Positions 38,825 through 47,721 of a stretch of DNA of 64,000 bases are shown here, piece after piece. The notes beneath the pieces are model-generated. The model did not search any database. It was not told the origin of the DNA and saw only the letters and a program-made list of their open reading frames with translations. Source of the stretch: Phycisphaerales bacterium (GTDB lineage Bacteria > Planctomycetota > Phycisphaerae > WQYP01); NCBI GenBank assembly GCA_027451365.1, contig DAIDJN010000059.1, positions 32,001-96,000 of the forward strand, written 5' to 3'. Both the position numbers and the translations under genes were made by a program. Every line of letters begins with the position of its first letter. The first letter of the stretch is position 1.

Positions 38825-40290
38825 TATTCCTTGCTCGTGGAGTGTTCTATTGCCGCCCCGTAGGCCTCCAGATATTGCTTTGCAATTACCGGCCACGCGA
38901 ATTGGGCGGCGCGGGCTTTACCATTTTCGCCAAGTCTTGCACATAGCAACCTATCTGCCGCTAGTTTCTGCATGGCCGTGGCCAATTCAGGAACGTTGCT
39001 TCCTTCAACTAACACGCCATTTGTTCCATCGGCGATAATTTCCGGTACGCCGCCGACCCGGCTTGCAATCACCGCCTTGCCGGATGCCATTGCTTCCAGG
39101 TTGACGATACCAAGCGGTTCGTGGCGGGACGGAAGGACGAAGAATTCACTCCCGGCCATGAATTCAGCCACCTGGTTCCGATCAAGTCGCCCGGTGAAAC
39201 GCGTATTGGCTGAAATGCCGAGTTCCGCGGCCAGCGCCTTCAGATTTTCTCCTTCGGCGCCGGCTCCGCCAAGCACCAGATCGTGCGTTTTGCAGGTGCC
39301 CTGGGCAAAGGCCCTTAGCAGAATATCAAACCCCTTTTCCTTAACAAATCTGCCCATTGCGAACACGTAGCGGCGCGGGGCGCGGCCGCTCAATGAGACA
39401 GCCGCCTGCGGCGGCTTTGATGAGACGCTCGGCTGCGCCTCGCTTAATGAGACGCGATGCGGTGCGTCGCTTAATGTTTTAAAGGATTCGTTATTTATTT
39501 CATGGCCAGCGAGCTGGTCCGCTAAACGGACATCTTTGGCCGCTGATTCAGCCTTGGCGGAACCGTCGTCCTGTTTAAACATTCCTCCGTTTTCCTCTGT
39601 TACCTCCTTGTGAATCCTTCGTAGTCCGTTCTCCTTCGTGTCTTCGTGCCTTCGTGGTAAATCAGTCGTCGTCGTTAATCTGTGCGCATCTGTGTCAATC
39701 TGTGGATGAAAATCGCCCAAGTTTATCCCGTTATAGATGACCCGGCCTTTATCGCCAAATGGCTTGCCGAAAAAAGCTTGCGCCTCTTCCAGGGTCTGCC
39801 GGGAGCAGGCGGTTACAACCTGCGCGTTGTCCAATGCCCGCCGCAGGATATCTTGCGCCTGGGCCGATTTCTGGAAAATCTGATTGGCATCCATGGTCAA
39901 TTCGCCCTGCAGCGTAACCACCAAAGGCAGTTGCAGACGGTCCTGGGCGATCATGGCGTAATGTGCATTACTGCTGACGCATTGGACATGCAGCATATCA
40001 ATTTTATTTTCATGCAGAATCAGCAACATGCGTTGGGTAATCAGGTAATGCGACAAATGGTAGTTAATGGCGGCCTTGGCCGAGCCTTCGGGCAGGCGGA
40101 AGGCAAGGCGATAGATCGGGATGCCATCAATTGTTTCCGTCGCCGGCAAATCCCGTGGCCAGCGATTGGTCAAGATGATGACATGGTGGCCCTGGCGAAT
40201 AAGTTCCATTGCCAGTTGGCGGCAGAGTTCTTCCACACCGCCGAGGGAGGGGTGGAACGCGGAAGCGAAAAGCGCGATATTCATTTTCAA
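38824..40290 (-). CDS. GT4 glycosyltransferase with an in-frame repeat insertion of about 110 aa
   Basis: GGVE, YNGI, GRFVKEKG, EPLGIVNLEAMA; insertion at about 39370-39710. Confidence 0.88.
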   Translation of the reverse strand: MKMNIALFASAFHPSLGGVEELCRQLAMELIRQGHHVIILTNRWPRDLPATETIDGIPIYRLAFRLPEGSAKAAINYHLSHYLITQRMLLILHENKIDMLHVQCVSSNAHYAMIAQDRLQLPLVVTLQGELTMDANQIFQKSAQAQDILRRALDNAQVVTACSRQTLEEAQAFFGKPFGDKGRVIYNGINLGDFHPQIDTDAHRLTTTTDLPRRHEDTKENGLRRIHKEVTEENGGMFKQDDGSAKAESAAKDVRLADQLAGHEINNESFKTLSDAPHRVSLSEAQPSVSSKPPQAAVSLSGRAPRRYVFAMGRFVKEKGFDILLRAFAQGTCKTHDLVLGGAGAEGENLKALAAELGISANTRFTGRLDRNQVAEFMAGSEFFVLPSRHEPLGIVNLEAMASGKAVIASRVGGVPEIIADGTNGVLVEGSNVPELATAMQKLAADRLLCARLGENGKARAAQFAWPVIAKQYLEAYGAAIEHSTSKE

Positions 40291-40693
40291 TTCCGAACAG
40301 AAGCTAATGTTCCGTCACAGTAAAATTTTAGGGAGACTGACTCGCGAAAGACAAACCGCAAAACATCGGGATTCCTTGCCAATCCTAACATCCTGATGTG
40401 ACAGAGCACTAGAGCGTGGAAACGAGGACCTGGAACTTAGAATATTTTTGAGACTTTGCTGCCCTAATTTCCCTTGCGTTCGAGGCACCAGTTTTCTGTT
40501 TCTTTTCCAGGCTCTGATCGTTAAGGTTCCTCGAAATTTAAAAACAGGCCGGGACGGTCGCCGCAGCCTGCTTGGCCACCTCGATTAATTCCGTATCATC
40601 GCAAGCCCCCGCGGCTCCCAGAACATACCCCAAGACGGGAAGAGGAACGATTTCCTACCGTCCAAGTGCAATAGGTCATTCTTTACGAATTGG

Positions 40694-41716
40694 TTAAGCG
40701 CCGTCTGGGAAACTGCATATTTTTTTGGTGGCTGCCTGGACATTTTTCTCGCCGCAGAGCGAAAGCAACGCACAAAATGTGCCCTTGAACGACAACGAAG
40801 CCGCCTTTGCCTTGGCTCCTTCAGCCAACTTCCGGCGAAGCCCTTCATTCTCCATCGCCTGCCGAATGCGCTCACGCAACTGCTCGGCGTCTCGCGGTGC
40901 GACCAGCAGCGCGTCGACGCCATCCTCGGCATAGTCGCGGGTGCCGTTCACGTCGCTGGCCACGATAGGCTTACCGAAGGCCATCGCGTCAAGCAAGATC
41001 AGGGGGCCGCTAGGCAATTCGGTTTCCAGGAATGGTAGGACCACAAGCTTAGCGGACGCCATCAATCGTCGGCCTTGTCCGGGGGGGGGCATCGGGCGGA
41101 CCTTGATTCGATCTTGCGCATCAGCGGGAATCTCTACAGGACGACCCGGGCAGATAATGGCCCGATATGGCAAATTAGACAACGCTTGGATCAGGGTTGG
41201 CCAGTCGCGGTGGGCGTAGCCAGCGGAATAGATGTAATCGTCTTCGGGGCAGGTCGCCTCGGCGGACAAAGAAGGGGCCGGAAAGGGAAGAAAGACGCAC
41301 CTTCCCAGCGGATACCCAAATCGGCGGTTAAGCATGGGGGCATCGCCGCGTCTGATGACGGCTACGGTGTCCACACTCGCAATCCAGGTTCGGACAAAAT
41401 GCGCCAGTCGATTCTCTTTTGGGATCAGAAGGTCAAATACGACCAGCCGCAGGTGCCTCGCACCAAACCACCGTTTGAATTTGGCGATAATAAAGGCTTC
41501 GGTCCCAACCGTGCAGAGTACCAGGGAGTCGTAGGAACGTGCAGCCCGCAATATCTGCAACGACTGGAGTACGTGATGGAAGTGCTTTCGTGCTCCGCGT
41601 AAACCCCAATCGGAGGCGCGACGGCGTACGGCGACGGAGTGGTCACCGAATACGCCGGTGGGTGGCTCAAATGTCGGGTCATAGGGGACCGAAATAAGGA
41701 TACGCATAATTGACAC
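40694..41716 (-). CDS. GT4-like glycosyltransferase
   Basis: RDWPTL, SGPLILLDAMAFGKPIV. Confidence 0.82.
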   Translation of the reverse strand: MSIMRILISVPYDPTFEPPTGVFGDHSVAVRRRASDWGLRGARKHFHHVLQSLQILRAARSYDSLVLCTVGTEAFIIAKFKRWFGARHLRLVVFDLLIPKENRLAHFVRTWIASVDTVAVIRRGDAPMLNRRFGYPLGRCVFLPFPAPSLSAEATCPEDDYIYSAGYAHRDWPTLIQALSNLPYRAIICPGRPVEIPADAQDRIKVRPMPPPGQGRRLMASAKLVVLPFLETELPSGPLILLDAMAFGKPIVASDVNGTRDYAEDGVDALLVAPRDAEQLRERIRQAMENEGLRRKLAEGAKAKAASLSFKGTFCALLSLCGEKNVQAATKKICSFPDGA

Positions 41717-41940
41717 CGGTAGTGAAATTTCAGGGCATTATCATTGTTCGCAGTTAGCCGAGGGTCGCGACTGAGATCGAAGCGCCAGCTAATCTGTAAA
41801 ACGCCGGATAATGCTTTCGACTTGGTCCGGCGATTCCGCCGATGCCTTGCGCAGTTCCGAGCGCATCCCAACTGCTCATTTTTAGCCCGCGGCTCCCCGT
41901 TTGTGAATTCTAGCATTGATCGATGTTCATTGCTCTGTGT

Positions 41941-43357
41941 TCATTGGGGCGGCACGCCGGCCGCCGCCGTCTTCTCCGGGAAATATTTTTTCAGCTTCAG
42001 GAAGTGTTTCTCGTAAAGGTGGTAACTGGCGATCGCGACTCCAAATGTTAGCAACGCATTAGCCAGAATAAAAAACACCGAGCACCAAAGGTTGTTCTGG
42101 ATTGCGGTGCTCATCCGCGGGACTCTGAAACATACAGCTCCCGTTAATCCCAATATAATCAGATGGTAGACATATATGCCGTACGCGTAGCCGCCGGCAA
42201 TTCTAAACGGCCTCCACGAAATGGCCCGCTTAAGCATTCCCGTCCCCGGGAGGGATGAATAGAGCACCGTGGCCGCGAACCCAGGCGAGAGGAGGGTGGG
42301 AAGGGCATCCAAGCCCCACGGACTGGATAAGGCTCTTATTGCTTTGTGCGATGACGCGGCCCCATAGGCGATCACCTGAGGCGGAATCGGGCCAATGACC
42401 GACCCAAAGAGCGGCCCAGCAAGCAGAATTGCTCCAATCAACAGCAGAATGGTGACTGAAATCCATGCGATGTTCCTCTGCAGCGGGGCAAGCAGCACGG
42501 GGTCGCGGGCCACCGCTGCGGCGACCGCCCCCATTGCTAGGGAGTCAAGCTGGCAGGGCGTAAAAAAATAATTAGCTTCGTTTGGGGTAGCTGCCAGCGT
42601 CAGTCCGAGGCGGCACCCCAGGGCGAACACGGCCAACGCTAGACAAAATAGGACAAGCCGCCGCGGTGAAAGCAAGAATACTGCGACCGGCCAGAGGAGG
42701 TAGAACTGCTCCTCCACCGCCAGCGACCAGAAATGTGTGAGCCAACTGGGGTTGAGGGAAAAAAAAAGCGATCCCGATATTGGTTGTGTAGGACCAGAGC
42801 CACGGCATAGCGGAAAGTATCGCGTGGGCGTTATGGTCACGGCTGTAGAATCCGGGAAGCGCCGCACGCAGCGCGGTGATGATGAAAAGCACGGCAAACA
42901 ATACGCCGTAATAGAGCGGGAAGATACGCAGAAATCGCCGCGCGTAGAAATTGCGGTAATAGTTTAGCTGCCCTTTGCTATCCAAGAGTATCCCGGTGAT
43001 CAGGAAGCCGGAAAGGACAAAGAATAAATTGACGCCAATCCATCCCTGGAAGCTTGCAAGTTTGACGACGGCCACCGTACGGTTCGGCGGGGCCAGCCAA
43101 AAACCGTAGTGGCAAACTAATACCAATAACACAGCGATGCCGCGGAGGCCGTCGAGGGCGGGAAAATGTTTGCGGCCGCTAAAGAAGGGATCCGCAGATC
43201 GTGGCTCTGCGGAGGAGTTAGGGGTTAGGAGTTGGGATTTAGGAGAGCTTTGAAGCGCTTCGCTTCCTTTTTCTTCTAACTTCTGACTTCCAACTTCTAA
43301 CTTCTTTTCCGTCCCCTGGGTTCTGCCTTCTGTATTCTTATTATCTGTTTCGTTCAT
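41941..43357 (-). pseudogene. Acyltransferase-3 O-acyltransferase frameshifted at a T9 tract (phase-variable, or sequencing error)
   Basis: N-terminal half (LDGLRGIA, FFVLSGFLIT) is in ORF 42572..43357 and C-terminal half (HFWSLAVEEQFY) in ORF 41941..42897; removing one base from A9 at 42759-42767 fuses them. Confidence 0.85.
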
Positions 43358-43474
43358 TAAGTCTTGCCTATTGCCAATTGTTCTTTGTTGGGTGCCAGGT
43401 ATTTTCTGGGGGGGCGTCGCATGCTTAGTCGGCGTCCTGGGTGGCGAATATTTTGGGGTCTTTGCTCTCGGCTT

Positions 43475-44638
43475 TCACGGCTTGCCGGATGCGGAAAGCT
43501 CTACAAGGCGGGCCCAGGTTCGGTCCCAGGTGAATTGCTCCGCCCGGCGCCGCGCTTTTTGGCCGTAGGACGCACGCAAATTCTGGTCCAAGATTAGATT
43601 TTTCAGTTGTGCGGCCAATTCCGCGGGTGCGTTGGGGTTAAAGAGGAATCCGGCGTCGCCCACTACCTCTGGGCTGCCGCCCGTCCGGGATGCGATGGTG
43701 GCAAGGCCCGAGGCCATGGCTTCGATCGTGGCGAGCCCAAACTCTTCACGCTTGCGGGAGGGCGTAACGTGGATACTAGCCTTGCGGACCTCCGCCGCGA
43801 TCTGGCGTCGGTCAACATGACCCGGCCGTCGAACCTGGACGCCGCGGAGTTCCAGCTTTGCGACCAAGTCTAATATCTCCTGCTCGTAGGCATCTACGCA
43901 ACCTTGGGGAAGTTGACTGGTGCCGAGGAGCTGGATCGAGAAGGCGTTCGTGGATTCGCTTAGAATAAGCGCCGCTTTGAGAAGGATGTCCGGCGCCTTG
44001 TCGCAGCGGATTCGGCCAACGTAATTAATAATCGGCAATTCATTGGGCGGGGTCGGAGCGGGCTTGAAATGTTCCAGGTCCACGCCATTGTAAAGGGGCC
44101 GCACGGTATTGGGCTTGAGCTTGTAGGCTGTCTCAACTTCCCGCGCGGCTGCGGCGCTCACCGCCATCACCAGGTCGGCGGATTGGCTGAGGCTGCCGCG
44201 GAAGGCGTCCCGCATGTAGTGGTTTGCGTTATGGAACAGGAGCAGGATTCGTGCCGCCGGCAGGATGCGTCGGAGGTAAATGGCCATCTCGGGATCGTTA
44301 TGCAGTATTAGGCGGCCGTTTTCCATGCCGGCGTCCCTGACTGCTGCGGCAACGCGGCGAACATAGGTGCGCTGGCGCAAATAACGCCATCCGGTGACCT
44401 TTCGCTCCGCGCGAAACGCAAATTTTAGCAGGGCGTTTTCCGGTGGCGGCGGGAATGGGACGAATGAGATGCGCCGCCAAGGATAGGGCTCGGCGGGGCT
44501 TGCTTTCGCTATTACCAGCGGTTCTACCCCGGCTTTTTGCGCAGCCTGGCACATTTCCCACAACCACATGCTGATGGCCGCTCCGGCGGAGGTTGGTGAA
44601 AATGGCTCGTCTGAATAATTTATAAAGGTGAATTTCAT
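43475..44638 (-). CDS. GT4 glycosyltransferase
   Basis: YNGVD, GRIRCDK, EEFGLATIEAMA. Confidence 0.88.
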   Translation of the reverse strand: MKFTFINYSDEPFSPTSAGAAISMWLWEMCQAAQKAGVEPLVIAKASPAEPYPWRRISFVPFPPPPENALLKFAFRAERKVTGWRYLRQRTYVRRVAAAVRDAGMENGRLILHNDPEMAIYLRRILPAARILLLFHNANHYMRDAFRGSLSQSADLVMAVSAAAAREVETAYKLKPNTVRPLYNGVDLEHFKPAPTPPNELPIINYVGRIRCDKAPDILLKAALILSESTNAFSIQLLGTSQLPQGCVDAYEQEILDLVAKLELRGVQVRRPGHVDRRQIAAEVRKASIHVTPSRKREEFGLATIEAMASGLATIASRTGGSPEVVGDAGFLFNPNAPAELAAQLKNLILDQNLRASYGQKARRRAEQFTWDRTWARLVELSASGKP

Positions 44639-45780
44639 GGATATTGGTGCTCAGCTATTGCCTTTTTGTAAGTCTCCAACAGCCGCGGTGCGACGGCCTT
44701 GCAGCTGAAATGTTCATCGAATCGGCTGCGCGCGGCCTGGCGGAAACGCATGTTCGTGTCGGGGTCCAATAGCGCGATGATGTTTTCGGCCAGCTTTGCG
44801 TGATTGCCTACGGGCGAAACCATCCCCGCTTTGCCGTAGTCAACGGCTTCGGGCATGGACACATAGTCGCTGGTGGCGATGGCGCAGCCAGCGGCCATGG
44901 CTTCAAGCGTTACGTAAGAGAAGCAATCGCACGGGGTTGGATAGGCGAAAACATCGAAGCTGGGCATTATATCTCGCAACAGGCGGTCGCGATCAATCTG
45001 GCCCAGCCAGGTAACACCCGCGATTTCGCCGAGGTCAGCTGGTCGGCCTCCACCCACGATCCAGAGTTCCGCTCGTGGCACGGCGGCTTTTACCGCCTGG
45101 AAGGCCTTAAGCAGGACGCGGCCGCCCTTTGCATCGAAGTCGTTAGCCACGAAGCCGATGCGGGTGGGCAGGCGCGGTTCAATTGGCCGCAGGTCTGGCT
45201 CATGCATGATCGGGATTACGTCAATTTTTTCTGGGCCGATTACATGGTGCGACACCAGCCAGTCGCGGTAATATTCCGTGTAGACGGCAACGCGCGCCGC
45301 CTGGGGCAGCGCGGCCGCACAGCTATTGACCCCCAGCATACGCGCCAGGAGCGTATCCGTACGAAGCATCCGTGACACTCCCGCGCGCGAGCGGACCCTT
45401 CTATCGATGTAAAGGTCGGTCTGGGGAGCCCCGCTGGTGACGACCAGGGGGCAGTCTATGCGCCAGAAGCCAGCGCTGAAGACATGGAGATGCACAGCAT
45501 CGTAGGCGCCGGGGGCGAGGGAAAAATAGCGAAACGGTTCCCAGAATAGCCATCGCTTTGATCGCGCGATGTTAATAAGTTTATTGGCGGCCGTTGTGAC
45601 GGGCTCGCGCCAGAAGCGGTTGCGTTTGGCGTTTTCGACAAGCCGCCCCGCGGCCAATGCGGAGGCATGTGTTTCGTATTCGACACCGGGCGGCGGGTGC
45701 CGCAGCAAGGTTTCGGTGTAGGTAATGTCCCCGCAGGGGGGATCCAGATCGCGTAATGGGCTGATCAGCAATACCCTCAT
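44635..45780 (-). CDS. GT4 glycosyltransferase
   Basis: DFDAKGG, DCFSYVTLEAMAAG. Confidence 0.85.
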   Translation of the reverse strand: MRVLLISPLRDLDPPCGDITYTETLLRHPPPGVEYETHASALAAGRLVENAKRNRFWREPVTTAANKLINIARSKRWLFWEPFRYFSLAPGAYDAVHLHVFSAGFWRIDCPLVVTSGAPQTDLYIDRRVRSRAGVSRMLRTDTLLARMLGVNSCAAALPQAARVAVYTEYYRDWLVSHHVIGPEKIDVIPIMHEPDLRPIEPRLPTRIGFVANDFDAKGGRVLLKAFQAVKAAVPRAELWIVGGGRPADLGEIAGVTWLGQIDRDRLLRDIMPSFDVFAYPTPCDCFSYVTLEAMAAGCAIATSDYVSMPEAVDYGKAGMVSPVGNHAKLAENIIALLDPDTNMRFRQAARSRFDEHFSCKAVAPRLLETYKKAIAEHQYP

Positions 45781-45822
45781 CGCTTCAGTATCCTTGAGTT
45801 AGTTATACCGCCAGGCACCGGT

Positions 45823-46866
45823 CTATCCGCCTCGCGAGGCCGGGCTGGTCGAAGGGGCGAGTGGGGGCAGCCGTGCCGGCGCGGAATCTCCGGGACGAGT
45901 TCCGCTAAGTGGACTGCTCCAGTCGCGGCGGACGAGGCCGTGGTGTTCGTAATTTGGCTCGCGGCGCAGCTCGCGCAATAGACATCGGCGGGCGTGGAAC
46001 TTTTCCAAGGGTTCGAGTTCCCAGGCGGGCATCGTTGGGGCTGTGATCCAGCCCGGGAGATGCCGCAGCCGTTCCCAACCCAGTTTGCACGCGGCGCGGT
46101 AAAACGCCAGGCGAGGCCACCGGCGACGCTGGTGTTCCCAATGGTGTTCGACGTAGGCCGCGAATTCCCCGCGTTTATACGCCTGGCGTGCGAATGATTG
46201 CCGCGAAAGCCGCCCGGGTTCCAGGTGGTGTTCAACCTCTATGTCCAGGTGGGTGACGATGCGAAAGCCGGCCTGGCGAACCTGCAGCCAGAATAAGGTG
46301 TCCTCCGCGTGTCCCAGTGCGCCTGGGCCTACTTCGGGATCGAAGCCGGGCACGGCGGTTAAGACGCGGCGGCTAACCGCCATGTTCGCGCCGATGAGCG
46401 GCATATTGGTGTTTTTCGGCAAGTCCTCGGTGCTGGCGAGCCAGCCGCGCTGTGCGGCGGTCAGCCAGGGCCTGCGTAATGATGAGGCTAATCTGATGCC
46501 ACCGGCGACGGCATCGGCGCTTCCATCCAGAATCGGCCGGGTTAATTTTTCAATCCAATCTGCGGGGACGTGCACATCGTCGTCCGTAAACATAAGGACG
46601 TCGCCGGTCGCGGTCGAAAGGCCCTTGTTGAGGGCTACGGATTTTCCGGGGGTGCCCACGAATAAATGACGAAGCGTCAGCCTGCCGCACGAGTTGCCGA
46701 ATGCCTTGAGCACGTCGGCGGTCTGGTCACGCGATCCGTTGTCAATAACGATCAGTTCGGCCGACATCCCGGCGGGGATTTCGATATCCGCCAGCGCTTC
46801 CAATGTTGCCTGGAGATGCGTGGCGCGGTCCCGTGTGCAGATTAAGATTGATATTGTATGAGACAA
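45823..46866 (-). CDS. GT2 glycosyltransferase
   Basis: ICTRDR, IDNGSRD, FTDDD, GANM, AED. Confidence 0.9.
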   Translation of the reverse strand: MSHTISILICTRDRATHLQATLEALADIEIPAGMSAELIVIDNGSRDQTADVLKAFGNSCGRLTLRHLFVGTPGKSVALNKGLSTATGDVLMFTDDDVHVPADWIEKLTRPILDGSADAVAGGIRLASSLRRPWLTAAQRGWLASTEDLPKNTNMPLIGANMAVSRRVLTAVPGFDPEVGPGALGHAEDTLFWLQVRQAGFRIVTHLDIEVEHHLEPGRLSRQSFARQAYKRGEFAAYVEHHWEHQRRRWPRLAFYRAACKLGWERLRHLPGWITAPTMPAWELEPLEKFHARRCLLRELRREPNYEHHGLVRRDWSSPLSGTRPGDSAPARLPPLAPSTSPASRGG

Positions 46867-46919
46867 TTAACGGCAACCTCTATCGTTTCGCAAGTTTCAG
46901 GCCTCCTGGCTTGCCAAGT

Positions 46920-47711
46920 TCAGGCGTTGTTCCATTTGGCTTCTTCCCGCAGGTGGATTCCCAACGGGCCGTCGCAAAGCTGTGACTCGTCGGCGTAGAT
47001 CGCCGTGAGGCGGGTTCGCGCGACGAGGATGTAGCCCCGTTGCCGGAGGAAAGACGATATCTCTGAACTTCCCGGCTCGGAGAGCGATTTAAGGCCAATT
47101 TCCTCGGCCAATACAAAAGTGGGGTGGAATTGTTCCCAGTCGTTCGATTGCAGTGCCTCAAGGTCCATGCCTTCCACATCCACGGAGAGAAAATCAATCC
47201 GTTGCGATTCAGGCAGGTGTTCCTTTAGGATTATTGCGAGCGGCATGGCCGGTATTTCGCGCTTTCCAATGATTCGATGCTTACCAGAAAAATCCCGGCT
47301 CTCACAGAGTTCGCGGTCGAAGCCGTTGAGCAGCGGCTCGTCGAAGCAATGGTAGGTGAGCGATCCGGGGCTGCGAGCAATCGCCATTTCAAGGTTAATG
47401 TCGCGCGGTCGTTCGGGGTCGAAAAGAGCCTTCATTCCCGGGCGCGGATCGATGTTTATTCCGTGCCATCCGCGCTGGTAGAAATAGCAGGTGTTTGAAA
47501 ATCGCCATGGGTCGTGTGCGCCGACGTCGACGTAAAAGCCAGCGCGGCGATGAAGCACGGACCCGAGGAGCGCCCCTAAAATAAGATCTTCCCCTTCTTG
47601 CGCGTAGCTGAGCGCCGCATGCGGGCTGATATAGGCCTCACGCAGCGAGCGTTTCATCCAACCTGGGACGAAACTTTTTGCGGCTCGCACAAGGGGCGAA
47701 CTTCTCAACAT
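46920..47711 (-). CDS. FkbM family methyltransferase
   Basis: SYAQEGED, YVDVGAHDP, SNT, FLSVDVEGMD; ATG 47711 chosen as start. Confidence 0.88.
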   Translation of the reverse strand: MLRSSPLVRAAKSFVPGWMKRSLREAYISPHAALSYAQEGEDLILGALLGSVLHRRAGFYVDVGAHDPWRFSNTCYFYQRGWHGINIDPRPGMKALFDPERPRDINLEMAIARSPGSLTYHCFDEPLLNGFDRELCESRDFSGKHRIIGKREIPAMPLAIILKEHLPESQRIDFLSVDVEGMDLEALQSNDWEQFHPTFVLAEEIGLKSLSEPGSSEISSFLRQRGYILVARTRLTAIYADESQLCDGPLGIHLREEAKWNNA

Positions 47712-47721
47712 TTGGAAACTC

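Noticed and set aside
40320..40690. Gene remnant or REP-like element in the gap (AGAGCGTGGAAACGAG at about 40411; ORF 40585..40932)
   Set aside because: Single short occurrence, and the ORF mostly overlaps the GT4 in another frame; not supportable.
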